This document shows positions 1 through 9,055 of a DNA stretch of 64,000 bases, piece after piece; the first letter of the stretch is position 1; every line of letters begins with the position of its first letter. The notes beneath the pieces are model-generated. The model had not been told where the DNA came from and ran no database searches. It worked only from the letters and a program-made list of their open reading frames with translations. Location of the stretch: assembly GCA_021781555.1 (NCBI GenBank), contig JAJXWQ010000007.1:529-64528 (forward strand), in the 5' to 3' direction. The translations under genes and the position numbers were made by a program. Source of the stretch: a bacterium. Lineage in GTDB: Bacteria > Cyanobacteriota > Sericytochromatia > S15B-MN24 > VGJW01.

Positions 1-202
1 ACGTCAGGGACCCTCTGGGAGCTGCCAGACAGCAGCATGCGTCCGGATCCTCTGGGAGTCGAAAGCGCGGACGTGACGCCGGTCGAGGCCGTCGGGTCTG
101 AGGGCTGCGCGAGGGTGGGAGCTAGGGATCGGGTGAAGGCATCTCGAGCCTTGGACGGGGCGCGAGACAGTCAGTAGATAGCTCCAGCTGCACCTGAACC
201 GT

Positions 203-1075
203 TTGGACCGATTGGCCGAGGAATATCGAGCCATGCACGACCCTCGCCGGATCGCTCTCGACCCGCATGGCTTGCCATGCGCGGTACGAGCGGGTATGAA
301 TTACCATCCCATGATCCTTCCAGCCCACGACAACGCCAGGCTCACCCAGATCCTCGAGCGGATCGAGCGCGACGGGCAGATCGAGCGGCTATGGGGCGTG
401 TCGGTGACGAACTCGGTCAGGGCAGGGGTCAACGATCACGGCCCCACGCACGTCAAGATCGTCGCCCACAACGCCCTCAAGATCTTCCGACTGCTGGTCG
501 CCGCCGGCGTGGTGCCGGGCGTCGTCCAGGACCACGGCCTGACCCTCAACGACGCCGAGGTCGTCGTGACCCTCGCCGGGCTGCTGCACGACGTGGGGAT
601 GACGACTCACCGCGACGGGCACGAAACCCACTCCCTCTTCCTCGTCAACGCCGCCCTGCCCGAATTCCTCGAGGGGATCTACGAGCCGGTCCAGCGGATC
701 ATCATCGTGAGCGAGGTCCTCCATGCCATCATCGGGCACAACCACTCGCAGAAGTGCCTCACTCCCGAGGCCGGGGTGGTCAAGATCGCCGATGCCCTGG
801 ATATGAGCAAGTGGCGATCGCGCAACATCATCAAGCACGGCCGGGTGTCCATCCATGCCCTCTCCGCGGCGGCCATCGACAAGGTGGCGATCGGACCGGG
901 CAAGACGGCCCCCGTCGGGGTCGAGATCACGATGAACAACAGCGCCGGCATCTTCCAGATCGACAGTCTGCTCCGCAACAAGATCCACAGCAGCGGGCTG
1001 GCAAATCACTTCGAGATCACGACCGTCGTGGCTGGCGACTCCGAGCGCCAGCACATCCAGACATTCCGGATCTGA
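203..1075 (+). CDS. HD-domain metal-dependent phosphohydrolase
   Basis: His...HD motif (AHNALKIF ... LLHDVGM) typical of the HD superfamily; 290 aa. No other family signature recognised. Confidence 0.55.
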   Translation: MDRLAEEYRAMHDPRRIALDPHGLPCAVRAGMNYHPMILPAHDNARLTQILERIERDGQIERLWGVSVTNSVRAGVNDHGPTHVKIVAHNALKIFRLLVAAGVVPGVVQDHGLTLNDAEVVVTLAGLLHDVGMTTHRDGHETHSLFLVNAALPEFLEGIYEPVQRIIIVSEVLHAIIGHNHSQKCLTPEAGVVKIADALDMSKWRSRNIIKHGRVSIHALSAAAIDKVAIGPGKTAPVGVEITMNNSAGIFQIDSLLRNKIHSSGLANHFEITTVVAGDSERQHIQTFRI

Positions 1076-1486
1076 TCACCCCCGATCTGGCAGGATCTGG
1101 CGCAGGACCTCTGCGACCAGCTCCGGCTGCCCGGCCCGCGGGAGATCATCGAGCGACAGGATCCCGAGGATCCGCCCGTCCTGCGTGACGCACAGACGCC
1201 GGATCTTGTACTCGACCATGGCCCGGGCGGCCTCTTCCACGGTCGCGTCCGGCGAGACGCACACCGCCTCGCCGTGCAACACCTCGGCCACCGGGCGATC
1301 GATGTTTCCCGAGGCCACGCACCGGGTGGTGATGTCCCGATCCGTGACCACCCCGAGCAACCGGTCGCCCTCGATCACCGGAATCATCCCGATGTTGCGG
1401 ACCTTCATGGTCCGCGCCACCTCGGCGATCCCGGTGGACGGGGGACACGTGATCACGTCGGGGTTCATCAGATCGCGGACTCTCAT
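1076..1486 (-). CDS. CBS-domain protein (tandem CBS pair)
   Basis: ORF trimmed to the internal ATG (MRVRDLMNPDV...), which is preceded by GGAGCTACCG. Two CBS-like repeats (DLM..V.T...T.I.EVA..M / RRLCVTQDGRILGILSLDDL). Confidence 0.7.
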   Translation of the reverse strand: MRVRDLMNPDVITCPPSTGIAEVARTMKVRNIGMIPVIEGDRLLGVVTDRDITTRCVASGNIDRPVAEVLHGEAVCVSPDATVEEAARAMVEYKIRRLCVTQDGRILGILSLDDLPRAGQPELVAEVLRQILPDRG

Positions 1487-1600
1487 CGGTAGCTCCCTCG
1501 AAAAATCACGGCTCGGACGGCTGCGCCCCGGCCACAACATGGTAACATATGTTTATCATGCTATATTAAGTACGCTTTCGCGATCTGTTAGAATGCCTGT

Positions 1601-3100
1601 ATGCTGAGGGTTTTCAATGACCTGACACGGCGCGTCGAGCCGTTTTTGCCGCAAACGCCTGGTGCGGTCAGCTTGTATGTATGCGGCGTGACCGTTTATG
1701 ACCTGTGCCATCTCGGTCATGCCAGATGTTATATAACCTGGGATGTCGTGCGGCGGTACCTCGAGTTCTCGGGCTACCGCGTCCATCACGTCCAGAACTT
1801 CACCGATGTCGACGACAAGATCCTGAACCGAGCCCGGGAGCAGGGCGAGGATCCCGTCCACCTGGCGCGCCGCTTCGAGGCGGAGTACTTCGCGGACATG
1901 GACCGCCTCGGCATCCTGCGCGCCCATTCGTATCCCCGGGCGACCGAGCACATCGGCCAGATGCTCTCCCTCGTCGATTGCCTCGTCCAGTCCGCCAACG
2001 CCTATCCCACCAGCGACGGTACGGTCTACTTCGACGTGGCCTCCTTCCCCCGGTACGGCAAGCTGTCGGGCCGGGACCTGGACGACCTGTCGCAGCGCAC
2101 GCGCCTCGACGAGCCGGACCCGTCCAAGCACAACCCGGCAGATTTTGCGCTCTGGAAGGGGGCCAAGCCGGGGGAATCCAGCTGGGACAGCCCGTGGGGC
2201 GCGGGCAGGCCCGGATGGCACCTCGAATGCTCGGCCATGGCCCTGGACCAGCTGGGCAAGACGATCGACATCCATGCGGGGGGGATGGACCTGATCTTCC
2301 CGCACCACGAGAACGAGATCGCCCAGTCCGAGGCCTGCACGCACGAGCCCTTCGTGCGCTACTGGGTCCACAACGGCTTCGTCAACGTGGACGCCGAGAA
2401 GATGAGCAAGTCGCTGGGCAACTTCTCGACCATCCGCCAGCTTCTCGATCGCTACGATCCCCAGGCCGTGCGCTATTTCCTCCTCCAGACCCATTACCGG
2501 CAAGACTGCGATTTCTCGAGCGAACCGCTCGAGGCTGCCGGCAACGCGCTCAAGCGCCTCCAGCGCTCCCTGGCGGACCGCCAGGCAGCCCTCGCGGCTC
2601 CCACGGTCGCCATCACCGAGCAGATCGAGCAGCTGGCCCGGGCTTTCACGGAGGCCATGGACGACGACTTCAACACCCCGCGGGCTGTGGCCTCGCTCTG
2701 GGAAGCCCGGGCTCGCCTCGGAGATCTCGAAGGCGCCGATCGCGCTGCAGCAGGACACGTGGTGGCGCGGATCCGCGAGTTCGGCGCGGTGCTGGGACTG
2801 GACCTCGCGGCCAAGGCGGCGGCTGAAGGCGATCGTCTGGCGGCGGTTCTCGACATCGCAGATCAGCTTCGCGAGATCGCAGCCCGGTACGAGGACGACG
2901 ACCTCGCAGAGGCCCGCCAAGCCAGTGCCTCGCAGCTGATCGAGGCCCTGTTGACTCGTCGCACGCGCGCCAAGAAGGCCCGAGATTTTGCGACGGCCGA
3001 CGGCATCCGTGCCATGCTCTCCGAGCTGGGCATCACCCTGGCGGACCAGCCGGGCGGCGTGACGCGGTGGGAGCTCGCGGGCGGAGCCGCGCCTCGTTGA
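1601..3100 (+). CDS. cysS: cysteine--tRNA ligase
   Basis: Class I aaRS with HIGH-like motif (CHLGHARCY), KMSKS and a Zn-binding Cys. Clear global similarity to CysS. Confidence 0.95.
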   Translation: MLRVFNDLTRRVEPFLPQTPGAVSLYVCGVTVYDLCHLGHARCYITWDVVRRYLEFSGYRVHHVQNFTDVDDKILNRAREQGEDPVHLARRFEAEYFADMDRLGILRAHSYPRATEHIGQMLSLVDCLVQSANAYPTSDGTVYFDVASFPRYGKLSGRDLDDLSQRTRLDEPDPSKHNPADFALWKGAKPGESSWDSPWGAGRPGWHLECSAMALDQLGKTIDIHAGGMDLIFPHHENEIAQSEACTHEPFVRYWVHNGFVNVDAEKMSKSLGNFSTIRQLLDRYDPQAVRYFLLQTHYRQDCDFSSEPLEAAGNALKRLQRSLADRQAALAAPTVAITEQIEQLARAFTEAMDDDFNTPRAVASLWEARARLGDLEGADRAAAGHVVARIREFGAVLGLDLAAKAAAEGDRLAAVLDIADQLREIAARYEDDDLAEARQASASQLIEALLTRRTRAKKARDFATADGIRAMLSELGITLADQPGGVTRWELAGGAAPR

Positions 3101-3558
3101 GCACGGACCTCGATCCCGATCGCCTTCACCCCCGGGAGCTGGCCTACCTCGGCGATGCCGTCTTCGAGCTGCATGTCCGAGAGCAGCTCTTGGGCACCAA
3201 GCTGAGACCCAGCGATCGCCATCGTATGGCGGTGGCCCGGGTTAGGGCCGAGGCGCAGGCCGCCGCCCTGGCTGCGGTGGAACCCGCCTTGAGCGAATCC
3301 GAGCGCGACCTCGTGCGAAGGGCGCGCAATCTCAAGGTTTCCACGCCCAGGTCGGTCGACCAGGATACCTACCGCCTGGCCACGGCCCTGGAGGCCCTCG
3401 TCGGCTATCTGCACGCCTCCGGGCGCACCGAACGCCTGGCTCAGATCTTCGCGCTCGCAGACTGCGCCGCGCCAGCCGGCCCCGACCCGGGCCAGCAGCC
3501 AGATCGCCAGGCAGGCCGCCAGCCGGAGCCCGGAATCGACGGAGCACAGCGGACATGA
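3097..3558 (+). CDS. mrnC: Mini-ribonuclease 3 (Mini-III)
   Basis: RNase III signature LAYLGDAVFEL. Order cysS-mrnC-rlmB is the same as in Bacillus. Likely TTG start at 3097 overlapping the cysS stop; the ORF track frame opens at 3067. Confidence 0.75.
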   Translation: MSTDLDPDRLHPRELAYLGDAVFELHVREQLLGTKLRPSDRHRMAVARVRAEAQAAALAAVEPALSESERDLVRRARNLKVSTPRSVDQDTYRLATALEALVGYLHASGRTERLAQIFALADCAAPAGPDPGQQPDRQAGRQPEPGIDGAQRT

Positions 3559-3592
3559 ACGAGCCTCGGAAGCACGGGAGCGAACAGCAACA

Positions 3593-4657
3593 ATGAAGAA
3601 CTCAGGCAGCGGACGACCCTCACGGGATGGTCAAGGCAAGCGCAAGCGCCAGACCGGACCCGAATCTTCCAAGCGAGCTTCCTGGCCTGGCGAGGGGCCT
3701 GCCCGGCGGACATCCCGACCCGGTGACGGGCCAGCCCGAAGGACGTCGCGGCCTGGCGAGGGGCGCAAAGAGGGGCCCGGCCAAGAGAAAGCCTTCGATC
3801 GCGCCCCGGCGCGGCGGCCCGGCCGGCCGGAGCGTCCGGCAGAGCCGGCGCCCCGGCCGCGGCACGCTCCATCCGTCCCACCAGCGCCCGCGGCCGCAGC
3901 CGTGGAGCCCGAAGGCGAGCGGGAACTCCTGTGGGGCCGGCACGCGGTGGTGGAGGCCCTCAAGGGCGATCGCCCCGTCAACAAGATCTGGATGCTGAGG
4001 GGCCTGGAAGAAGCGCGCACGGTCGCCACGGTACGACGGCTGGCCCGCGAGAAAGGTGCCGTCGTACAGGAGGTGGATCGGGCGAAGCTCGATGCGCTGG
4101 CCGCTGGCCCTCATCAGGGCCTGGTCGCCGCCATGGCGGCTGCGACCTATGCGGACTTCGACCAGGTGCTCGTCGCGAGCCGGGCCGCCGAACGCCCGCT
4201 CTTGCTCGTGCTCGACGGCATCGAGGATCCCCACAACCTCGGAGCCCTGGTGCGAACGGCCGGCGCGTCCGGCGCCCAGGGTGTCGTCATTCCGCTGCGA
4301 CGTGCCGTCGGATTGACCGGCGTCGTGGCCAAGGCAGCGGCAGGCGCACTCGAGCACGTTCCCGTTACCCGGGTAGCCAATCTGGTCCGGGCGATCGGGC
4401 AGCTCAAGGAAGCCGGAATCTGGGTGGTCGGGGCGGACGAGCACGCCGAGGGCGTGGCCTACGATGCCGATCTCACCGGCCCGGTCGCCCTGGTGATCGG
4501 TGCCGAGGGCCAGGGTCTTTCCCGGCTGGTACGCGAATCATGCGACCTCCTGGTGCGCTTTCCGATGCAGGGCCAGGTCCCGAGCCTGAATGCCTCGGTC
4601 GCCGGCGGCTTGCTGCTGTTCGAGGCGGTCCGCCAGCGCCAGGTTTCCCGCTCCTGA
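3593..4657 (+). CDS. rlmB: 23S rRNA (guanosine-2'-O)-methyltransferase, SpoU/TrmH family RlmB-like, with a low-complexity N-terminal extension
   Basis: SPOUT motifs (LVLDGIEDPHNLGALVRTA, IGAEGQGLS, PSLNASVAGGLLLFE). About 110 aa of Arg/Pro/Gly-rich N-terminal extension containing the peptide repeat PARRTSRPG(D/E)G twice. True start may be internal. Confidence 0.8.
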   Translation: MKNSGSGRPSRDGQGKRKRQTGPESSKRASWPGEGPARRTSRPGDGPARRTSRPGEGRKEGPGQEKAFDRAPARRPGRPERPAEPAPRPRHAPSVPPAPAAAAVEPEGERELLWGRHAVVEALKGDRPVNKIWMLRGLEEARTVATVRRLAREKGAVVQEVDRAKLDALAAGPHQGLVAAMAAATYADFDQVLVASRAAERPLLLVLDGIEDPHNLGALVRTAGASGAQGVVIPLRRAVGLTGVVAKAAAGALEHVPVTRVANLVRAIGQLKEAGIWVVGADEHAEGVAYDADLTGPVALVIGAEGQGLSRLVRESCDLLVRFPMQGQVPSLNASVAGGLLLFEAVRQRQVSRS

Positions 4658-4852
4658 TCTGCGTCCACGCGGCCGGGTTGGAGCGTGAAACCGTGTCGTC
4701 GTGGTAACGGCTTGTTACGGAATCGCGCAAACCGGGCATCATGTATTATTCCCGCTTGCATGGGCTCCCCGTGCATCACGGAACCCCAGCAGGATCGCGG
4801 CAGTCTTCCCGATACATAGTTACAGGAGACGTTCAGGCAAGGTCGGCTCGAT

Positions 4853-6193
4853 ATGTCCATCACGGTCAACATAGCGAAGGACAAGCTCAGCGCGACAGTG
4901 CTCCTGACGGACGCCGAGGGGGTCACGGCTCTGGCGATCCGGCAGGCTCTCCAGGCGCGCGGCGTCACCTACGGCTACCTCGAGGACATCATCGAGCGGG
5001 TCGCAACCGCCTCGGCTGCTGGCGAATACGAGGTCGCAGTCGGGGATGCGCCCGTCCAGGGCTCGGACGCTTCGATCGAGTACTTCTTCCGCACCGGCAA
5101 GCCCAATCTGTCCCCGCAGATCCTCGACGACGGGCGCACCGACTACTTCAACCTCGGAGTGGTGCAGAACGTACAACCCGGCGACGTCCTGGCCCGCAAG
5201 ACCCCCGCCGTCCCGGGGATACCAGGCAAGTCGGTTACGGGGGACGACCTGCCGCCCCGGGTGGTCAAGGAGATCAACTTCCGGATCGGGCGCGGGGTCG
5301 AGCTTTCCCCCGACGCTCTCGAGGTGCGCGCCACCGACACCGGCCAGCCGCTCATGACCCGCGGGATCCTCTCGGTCTCGTCGACCTTCGTCGTGTCGGG
5401 AGACGTCGATTTCTCCGTGGGTAATGTCTTTTTCGAGGGCAATGTCGAGGTCCAGGGTACGGTCAGGACCCACTTCAACGTCCGCGCCAAGGGCAATATC
5501 ACCGTGCACGGGGCGGTCGAAGGCGGCATCCTCGAGGCCACGGGCTTCATCATGGTGGTCGGGGGCGTCCGTCAGCGCGCGGCCTTGCGAGCCGAGGGCG
5601 ACATCCAGGTTCGGTTCATGGAGAATTCGATCGCTCGCACGCCTGGCAACCTCTTCGTAAAGGACGACCTCTTGTTCAGCGAGGTCGACGTGGGGGGCAA
5701 GGTCGAGGTCACCGGATCGCTCGTCGGGGGGACCTGCAAGGCGGATGTAGAGGTGAAGGCCGACTGCATCGGCAGCAAGATGGGTACCCCCACACGGGTC
5801 GAACTCAACCCCCTCGAGAAGTGGCTGGAGGTGCTGCACGGCTTCCAGACCCGTCAGGCCGAGGTCAAGGGCAACGTCACGCGAATCGAAGAGGGGCTGA
5901 GCACCCTCGGCACGGCGAGAGAACGTTTCCACGGCCTGCACCCGGACAAGGACGCGCTCTACGATCGTTTGAGCCAGGCCTTGCAGGGATTGCAGCAGGA
6001 ATCCATCGAGCTTGCCGCCAAGGTCATGCAGGCCAAGGCCAAGGTCGAGTCGCTGCCCGAGCCCAAGATCATCGTGCGCGACCGGATCCACCCCGGGGTG
6101 CAGATTCGCCTCAACGAGGCTCGCCTCAACAACGAAGGCGAGCTCCTGGCCCGGGAGCTTTCCGAGAGCTCCGGCAAGATCAGGTTGCAGTAG
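4853..6193 (+). CDS. DUF342/FapA-family protein (flagellar assembly protein A-like, beta-helix)
   Basis: AGGAG 8 nt upstream. Central run of GNV/GDV beta-helix repeats (GDVDFSVGNVFFEGNVEVQGTVRTHFNVRAKGNITVHGAVEGG) and a C-terminal coiled coil, as in FapA/DUF342. Confidence 0.55.
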   Translation: MSITVNIAKDKLSATVLLTDAEGVTALAIRQALQARGVTYGYLEDIIERVATASAAGEYEVAVGDAPVQGSDASIEYFFRTGKPNLSPQILDDGRTDYFNLGVVQNVQPGDVLARKTPAVPGIPGKSVTGDDLPPRVVKEINFRIGRGVELSPDALEVRATDTGQPLMTRGILSVSSTFVVSGDVDFSVGNVFFEGNVEVQGTVRTHFNVRAKGNITVHGAVEGGILEATGFIMVVGGVRQRAALRAEGDIQVRFMENSIARTPGNLFVKDDLLFSEVDVGGKVEVTGSLVGGTCKADVEVKADCIGSKMGTPTRVELNPLEKWLEVLHGFQTRQAEVKGNVTRIEEGLSTLGTARERFHGLHPDKDALYDRLSQALQGLQQESIELAAKVMQAKAKVESLPEPKIIVRDRIHPGVQIRLNEARLNNEGELLARELSESSGKIRLQ

Positions 6194-6199
6194 GGTAGC

Positions 6200-6299
6200 T
6201 TCTGCAGTTTGCACGCGTCCCTCTGGGCGGGCGCCGCCCTGCACAACCGGGCCCCTTTCACTCTTCAAGCCCGATCGTTTCGAGTCGAAACCGCTCTAG
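6200..6299 (-). repeat. diverged inverted copy of the MITE/REP-like element
   Basis: ctgcagtttgcacgcgtccctctg...caaccgggcccctttcactc...cgaaaccgctctagc aligns with the reverse complement of the 55927 unit. Lies immediately after the FapA stop. Confidence 0.6.
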
Positions 6300-6345
6300 C
6301 TGCGCGTCTCCGTGGTAGGATTCCCGCAGAAAGGGAACCTCGACC

Positions 6346-8976
6346 ATGTGGAAGGACCGCCGCCTGCTCCTGGCTGGCACCGTTACCGTTGTAGCCATCG
6401 CCGGAGCTGCCTTTGCCGTCGCCCGCCCCCAGTTCTCGAAGCCCCTCCGGTCGACCGCAGGCAATGTCGCCCCCGTCACCGCGGGCGAATCAACCGGAGG
6501 CCCGGCACTCCACCTCGTCGCATACTCTGGCCCCGAGGCCCCGAACGAACTCGGAATGGTGCCGGTCCTCGAATACCACGACGTAGGCCCCACCGAGGGG
6601 CGCTGGCAGCGGAGCATCGCCAACTTCAAGGGCGACCTCCAGTGGCTCTATGACAACGACTACGTCCCGACGACCACCGCCGACATGATCGCAGGGTTCC
6701 CCGACGTCCCGGCGGGCAAGAAGCCCGTGGTCATAACTTTCGACGACGCTCGCAAGAGCCAGTTCGTCGCGGCAGGCATCGGGCCCGATGGCGAGGCGAT
6801 TCCCACTCCCGACTGTGCGGTCGGGATCATGATGAATTTCGCCAAGACGCACCCGGGCTTCGGTCCCCACGCCAGCTTCTACCTGCTGCCCTCCTTCTTC
6901 GAACAGGACCAGTACGCCGCGGCCAAGCTCAAGTTCCTCGAGCACCACGGCTTTGAACTGGGCAACCACACCTGGTCCCACATGCAGATCGGAAAGGCCT
7001 CTCCCCTGCGCATCCGCAGCGAACTGTCGCGTTTGCAGGCCGCCGTGCAAAAGGAACTGGGCCAGCCTGATTTCCGCACCCTCACCCTGGCTCTGCCTGA
7101 CGGCATCACGCCCAAGTCGCCGGCGCAGATTGCCGCGGCGGTCGGCGGCGGCAAGGCGCCGTATCACATCGAAGCCATGCTGCTGGTGGGCGCCAATCCA
7201 GCCCTTTCCCCCTTCGACAAGCACTTCGCCCCCCTCAAGGTCGCGCGCATCCAGGCGATCGACTCGCAGTGGAAGCTGTGGTTCGGCCGTACGCCCGGGC
7301 ACGTGGGGATCGACCACGAGTCCTTCCACCCGTACGTGAGCGACGGGAACCCGGCGACGATCACCTTCCCCGAGAAGTACGCCGACCGCCTGAACCCGGC
7401 ACTCTCTGGCAAGTACAAGATCCAGGCTTACAAGCCCGGCCAAGCGCCGCTGGTCGCCGTCGCCGGCACGGCCAGCTTGAGCCCCGCCCAGCAACAAGCC
7501 GCAGCCAGCCCCCCGAGCGCCGCCCCGGCCGTCCAGGCAACGGCCAGCGCGAAGCCTGCCGACGCGCAGGCGTCGGGCTCCACCAGCGCCTCCGCGTCTG
7601 TGGCCGCGGCCGGAGTCACGACGATCCCGGGTTTCAGCGCACCGCTGCCGCCGGGTGGCATCTACAAGAACGGCCACATCTACCACAAGGTCAAACCGGG
7701 CCAGGATCTCGACGCCCTGCTTGACCGCTACTTGCCCTTCACGATGGCCTACACCACGCACGACCTGCGCCTGGCCGTGATGAAGGTCAACCACCTCAAG
7801 CATCCGTGGGTCAACCCCGGTCAGACCATCGAGATTCCCGAAGCCCTGTCGGCCCCGCTCCATGCCACGCCGGACGGGTGGCCGGCCACGAAGCCGGTCA
7901 TGGGCATCTACTGCACCTCCACGACCGCCGGGATGGATCGGATCTTCGAGCTGGCGCGCCAGATCCAGGCGGTCGGAGGCAACTCGGTGGTCTTTGACGC
8001 CAAGGACGGTCCCGTCTCGTTCCTGCCTTCCGATCCCAAGGTGCGCGCCATGAGCGAGTGGGATCACACCATCGTCGACCTGCCCAAGCTGGTCTACCTC
8101 CTGCACAAGATGGGAATCCACGTCATCGCCCGCCAGGTACTCTTTCACGATCCGGTTCTGGCCACGCGGCGCCATGACCTCGACGTCCACCGCAAGAGCG
8201 ACCCGAGCGCCGTCTGGCTCGAGCACGGCAAGCTCGACTGGGTCGATGCCAACCAGCCCGAGGTTCAGGAGTACAACCTGCGCCTGGCCAAGGAACTCGC
8301 CGAGAGCGGAGTCGACGAGATCCAGTTCGATTACGTCCGGTTCCCGGCACAGGGCGACACCAAGGACTGCAAGTTCAGCTTCAATCCCAACGTCGAGCCC
8401 AAGTGGCAGGTCCTCGCGAGCTTCCTCAAGCGCGCACACGACGAACTCAAGCCCTACCACGTGCTTCTGGGGATCGACGTCTACGGCGTGATGGCCTGGA
8501 ACAAGATGGTCGACCAGGATGTCACCGGCCAGCGCATCCAGGCTCTGGCAAAGTACGTGGACGTCATCAGCCCGATGCTCTACCCCTCGCACTTCTACGG
8601 CCCGTTCGACGGCTACTCCCATCCGGGCGATCATCCGTACTACTTCGTGAGCCAGGGCGTCGCCCGGGTCCTGTTCGACACCAATCCTTTGCCGGTGGTG
8701 GTCAGACCCTGGGTCCAGGCCTTCGAGTACCTTTCGCCCAACTTCTCTCCCCGGTACGTCGAGCGGGAGTTGCAAGCGGCTCGCGATGCCCACGGAGTCG
8801 GCTGGCTCCTGTGGAACGCAGGCAACAAGTACGACATCGCCACGTCGGGTGTCGCCCGCTGGAACCGGGACCAGTCCCGCATTCCGCCGGTCGCGGTCCG
8901 TATCAAGGGCCTGGAGCCGCCCGCCAAGCACGTTGCGGCCAAGCCTCCAACCAAGACGGCGAGCGCTCGCCGCTGA
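6346..8976 (+). CDS. membrane-anchored polysaccharide deacetylase (CE4/NodB) fused to LysM-like and putative glycoside-hydrolase (DUF4015-like) domains
   Basis: N-terminal TM anchor. NodB motifs (VVITFDDA, GNHTWSH). Ala/Ser/Pro linker. LysM-like segment (YHKVKPGQDLDALLDRYLPF...VNPGQTIEIP). C-terminal TIM-barrel-like GH region with DEIQFDYVRFP. Confidence 0.7.
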   Translation: MWKDRRLLLAGTVTVVAIAGAAFAVARPQFSKPLRSTAGNVAPVTAGESTGGPALHLVAYSGPEAPNELGMVPVLEYHDVGPTEGRWQRSIANFKGDLQWLYDNDYVPTTTADMIAGFPDVPAGKKPVVITFDDARKSQFVAAGIGPDGEAIPTPDCAVGIMMNFAKTHPGFGPHASFYLLPSFFEQDQYAAAKLKFLEHHGFELGNHTWSHMQIGKASPLRIRSELSRLQAAVQKELGQPDFRTLTLALPDGITPKSPAQIAAAVGGGKAPYHIEAMLLVGANPALSPFDKHFAPLKVARIQAIDSQWKLWFGRTPGHVGIDHESFHPYVSDGNPATITFPEKYADRLNPALSGKYKIQAYKPGQAPLVAVAGTASLSPAQQQAAASPPSAAPAVQATASAKPADAQASGSTSASASVAAAGVTTIPGFSAPLPPGGIYKNGHIYHKVKPGQDLDALLDRYLPFTMAYTTHDLRLAVMKVNHLKHPWVNPGQTIEIPEALSAPLHATPDGWPATKPVMGIYCTSTTAGMDRIFELARQIQAVGGNSVVFDAKDGPVSFLPSDPKVRAMSEWDHTIVDLPKLVYLLHKMGIHVIARQVLFHDPVLATRRHDLDVHRKSDPSAVWLEHGKLDWVDANQPEVQEYNLRLAKELAESGVDEIQFDYVRFPAQGDTKDCKFSFNPNVEPKWQVLASFLKRAHDELKPYHVLLGIDVYGVMAWNKMVDQDVTGQRIQALAKYVDVISPMLYPSHFYGPFDGYSHPGDHPYYFVSQGVARVLFDTNPLPVVVRPWVQAFEYLSPNFSPRYVERELQAARDAHGVGWLLWNAGNKYDIATSGVARWNRDQSRIPPVAVRIKGLEPPAKHVAAKPPTKTASARR

Positions 8977-8981
8977 CCCGT

Positions 8982-9016
8982 ACGTGGATGCGCCCGGCCA
9001 GCCGGGCGCTTCCACG
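8982..9016 (+). terminator. GC-rich hairpin downstream of the CE4 gene (no U-tract)
   Basis: acgtggaTgcgcccggc cag ccgggcgcTtccacgt: a 7+8 bp inverted repeat immediately after the stop at 8976. Confidence 0.35.
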
Positions 9017-9055
9017 TAAACCTCACGCCAGGACTTGCCGCGGGCTGGCCACCGG

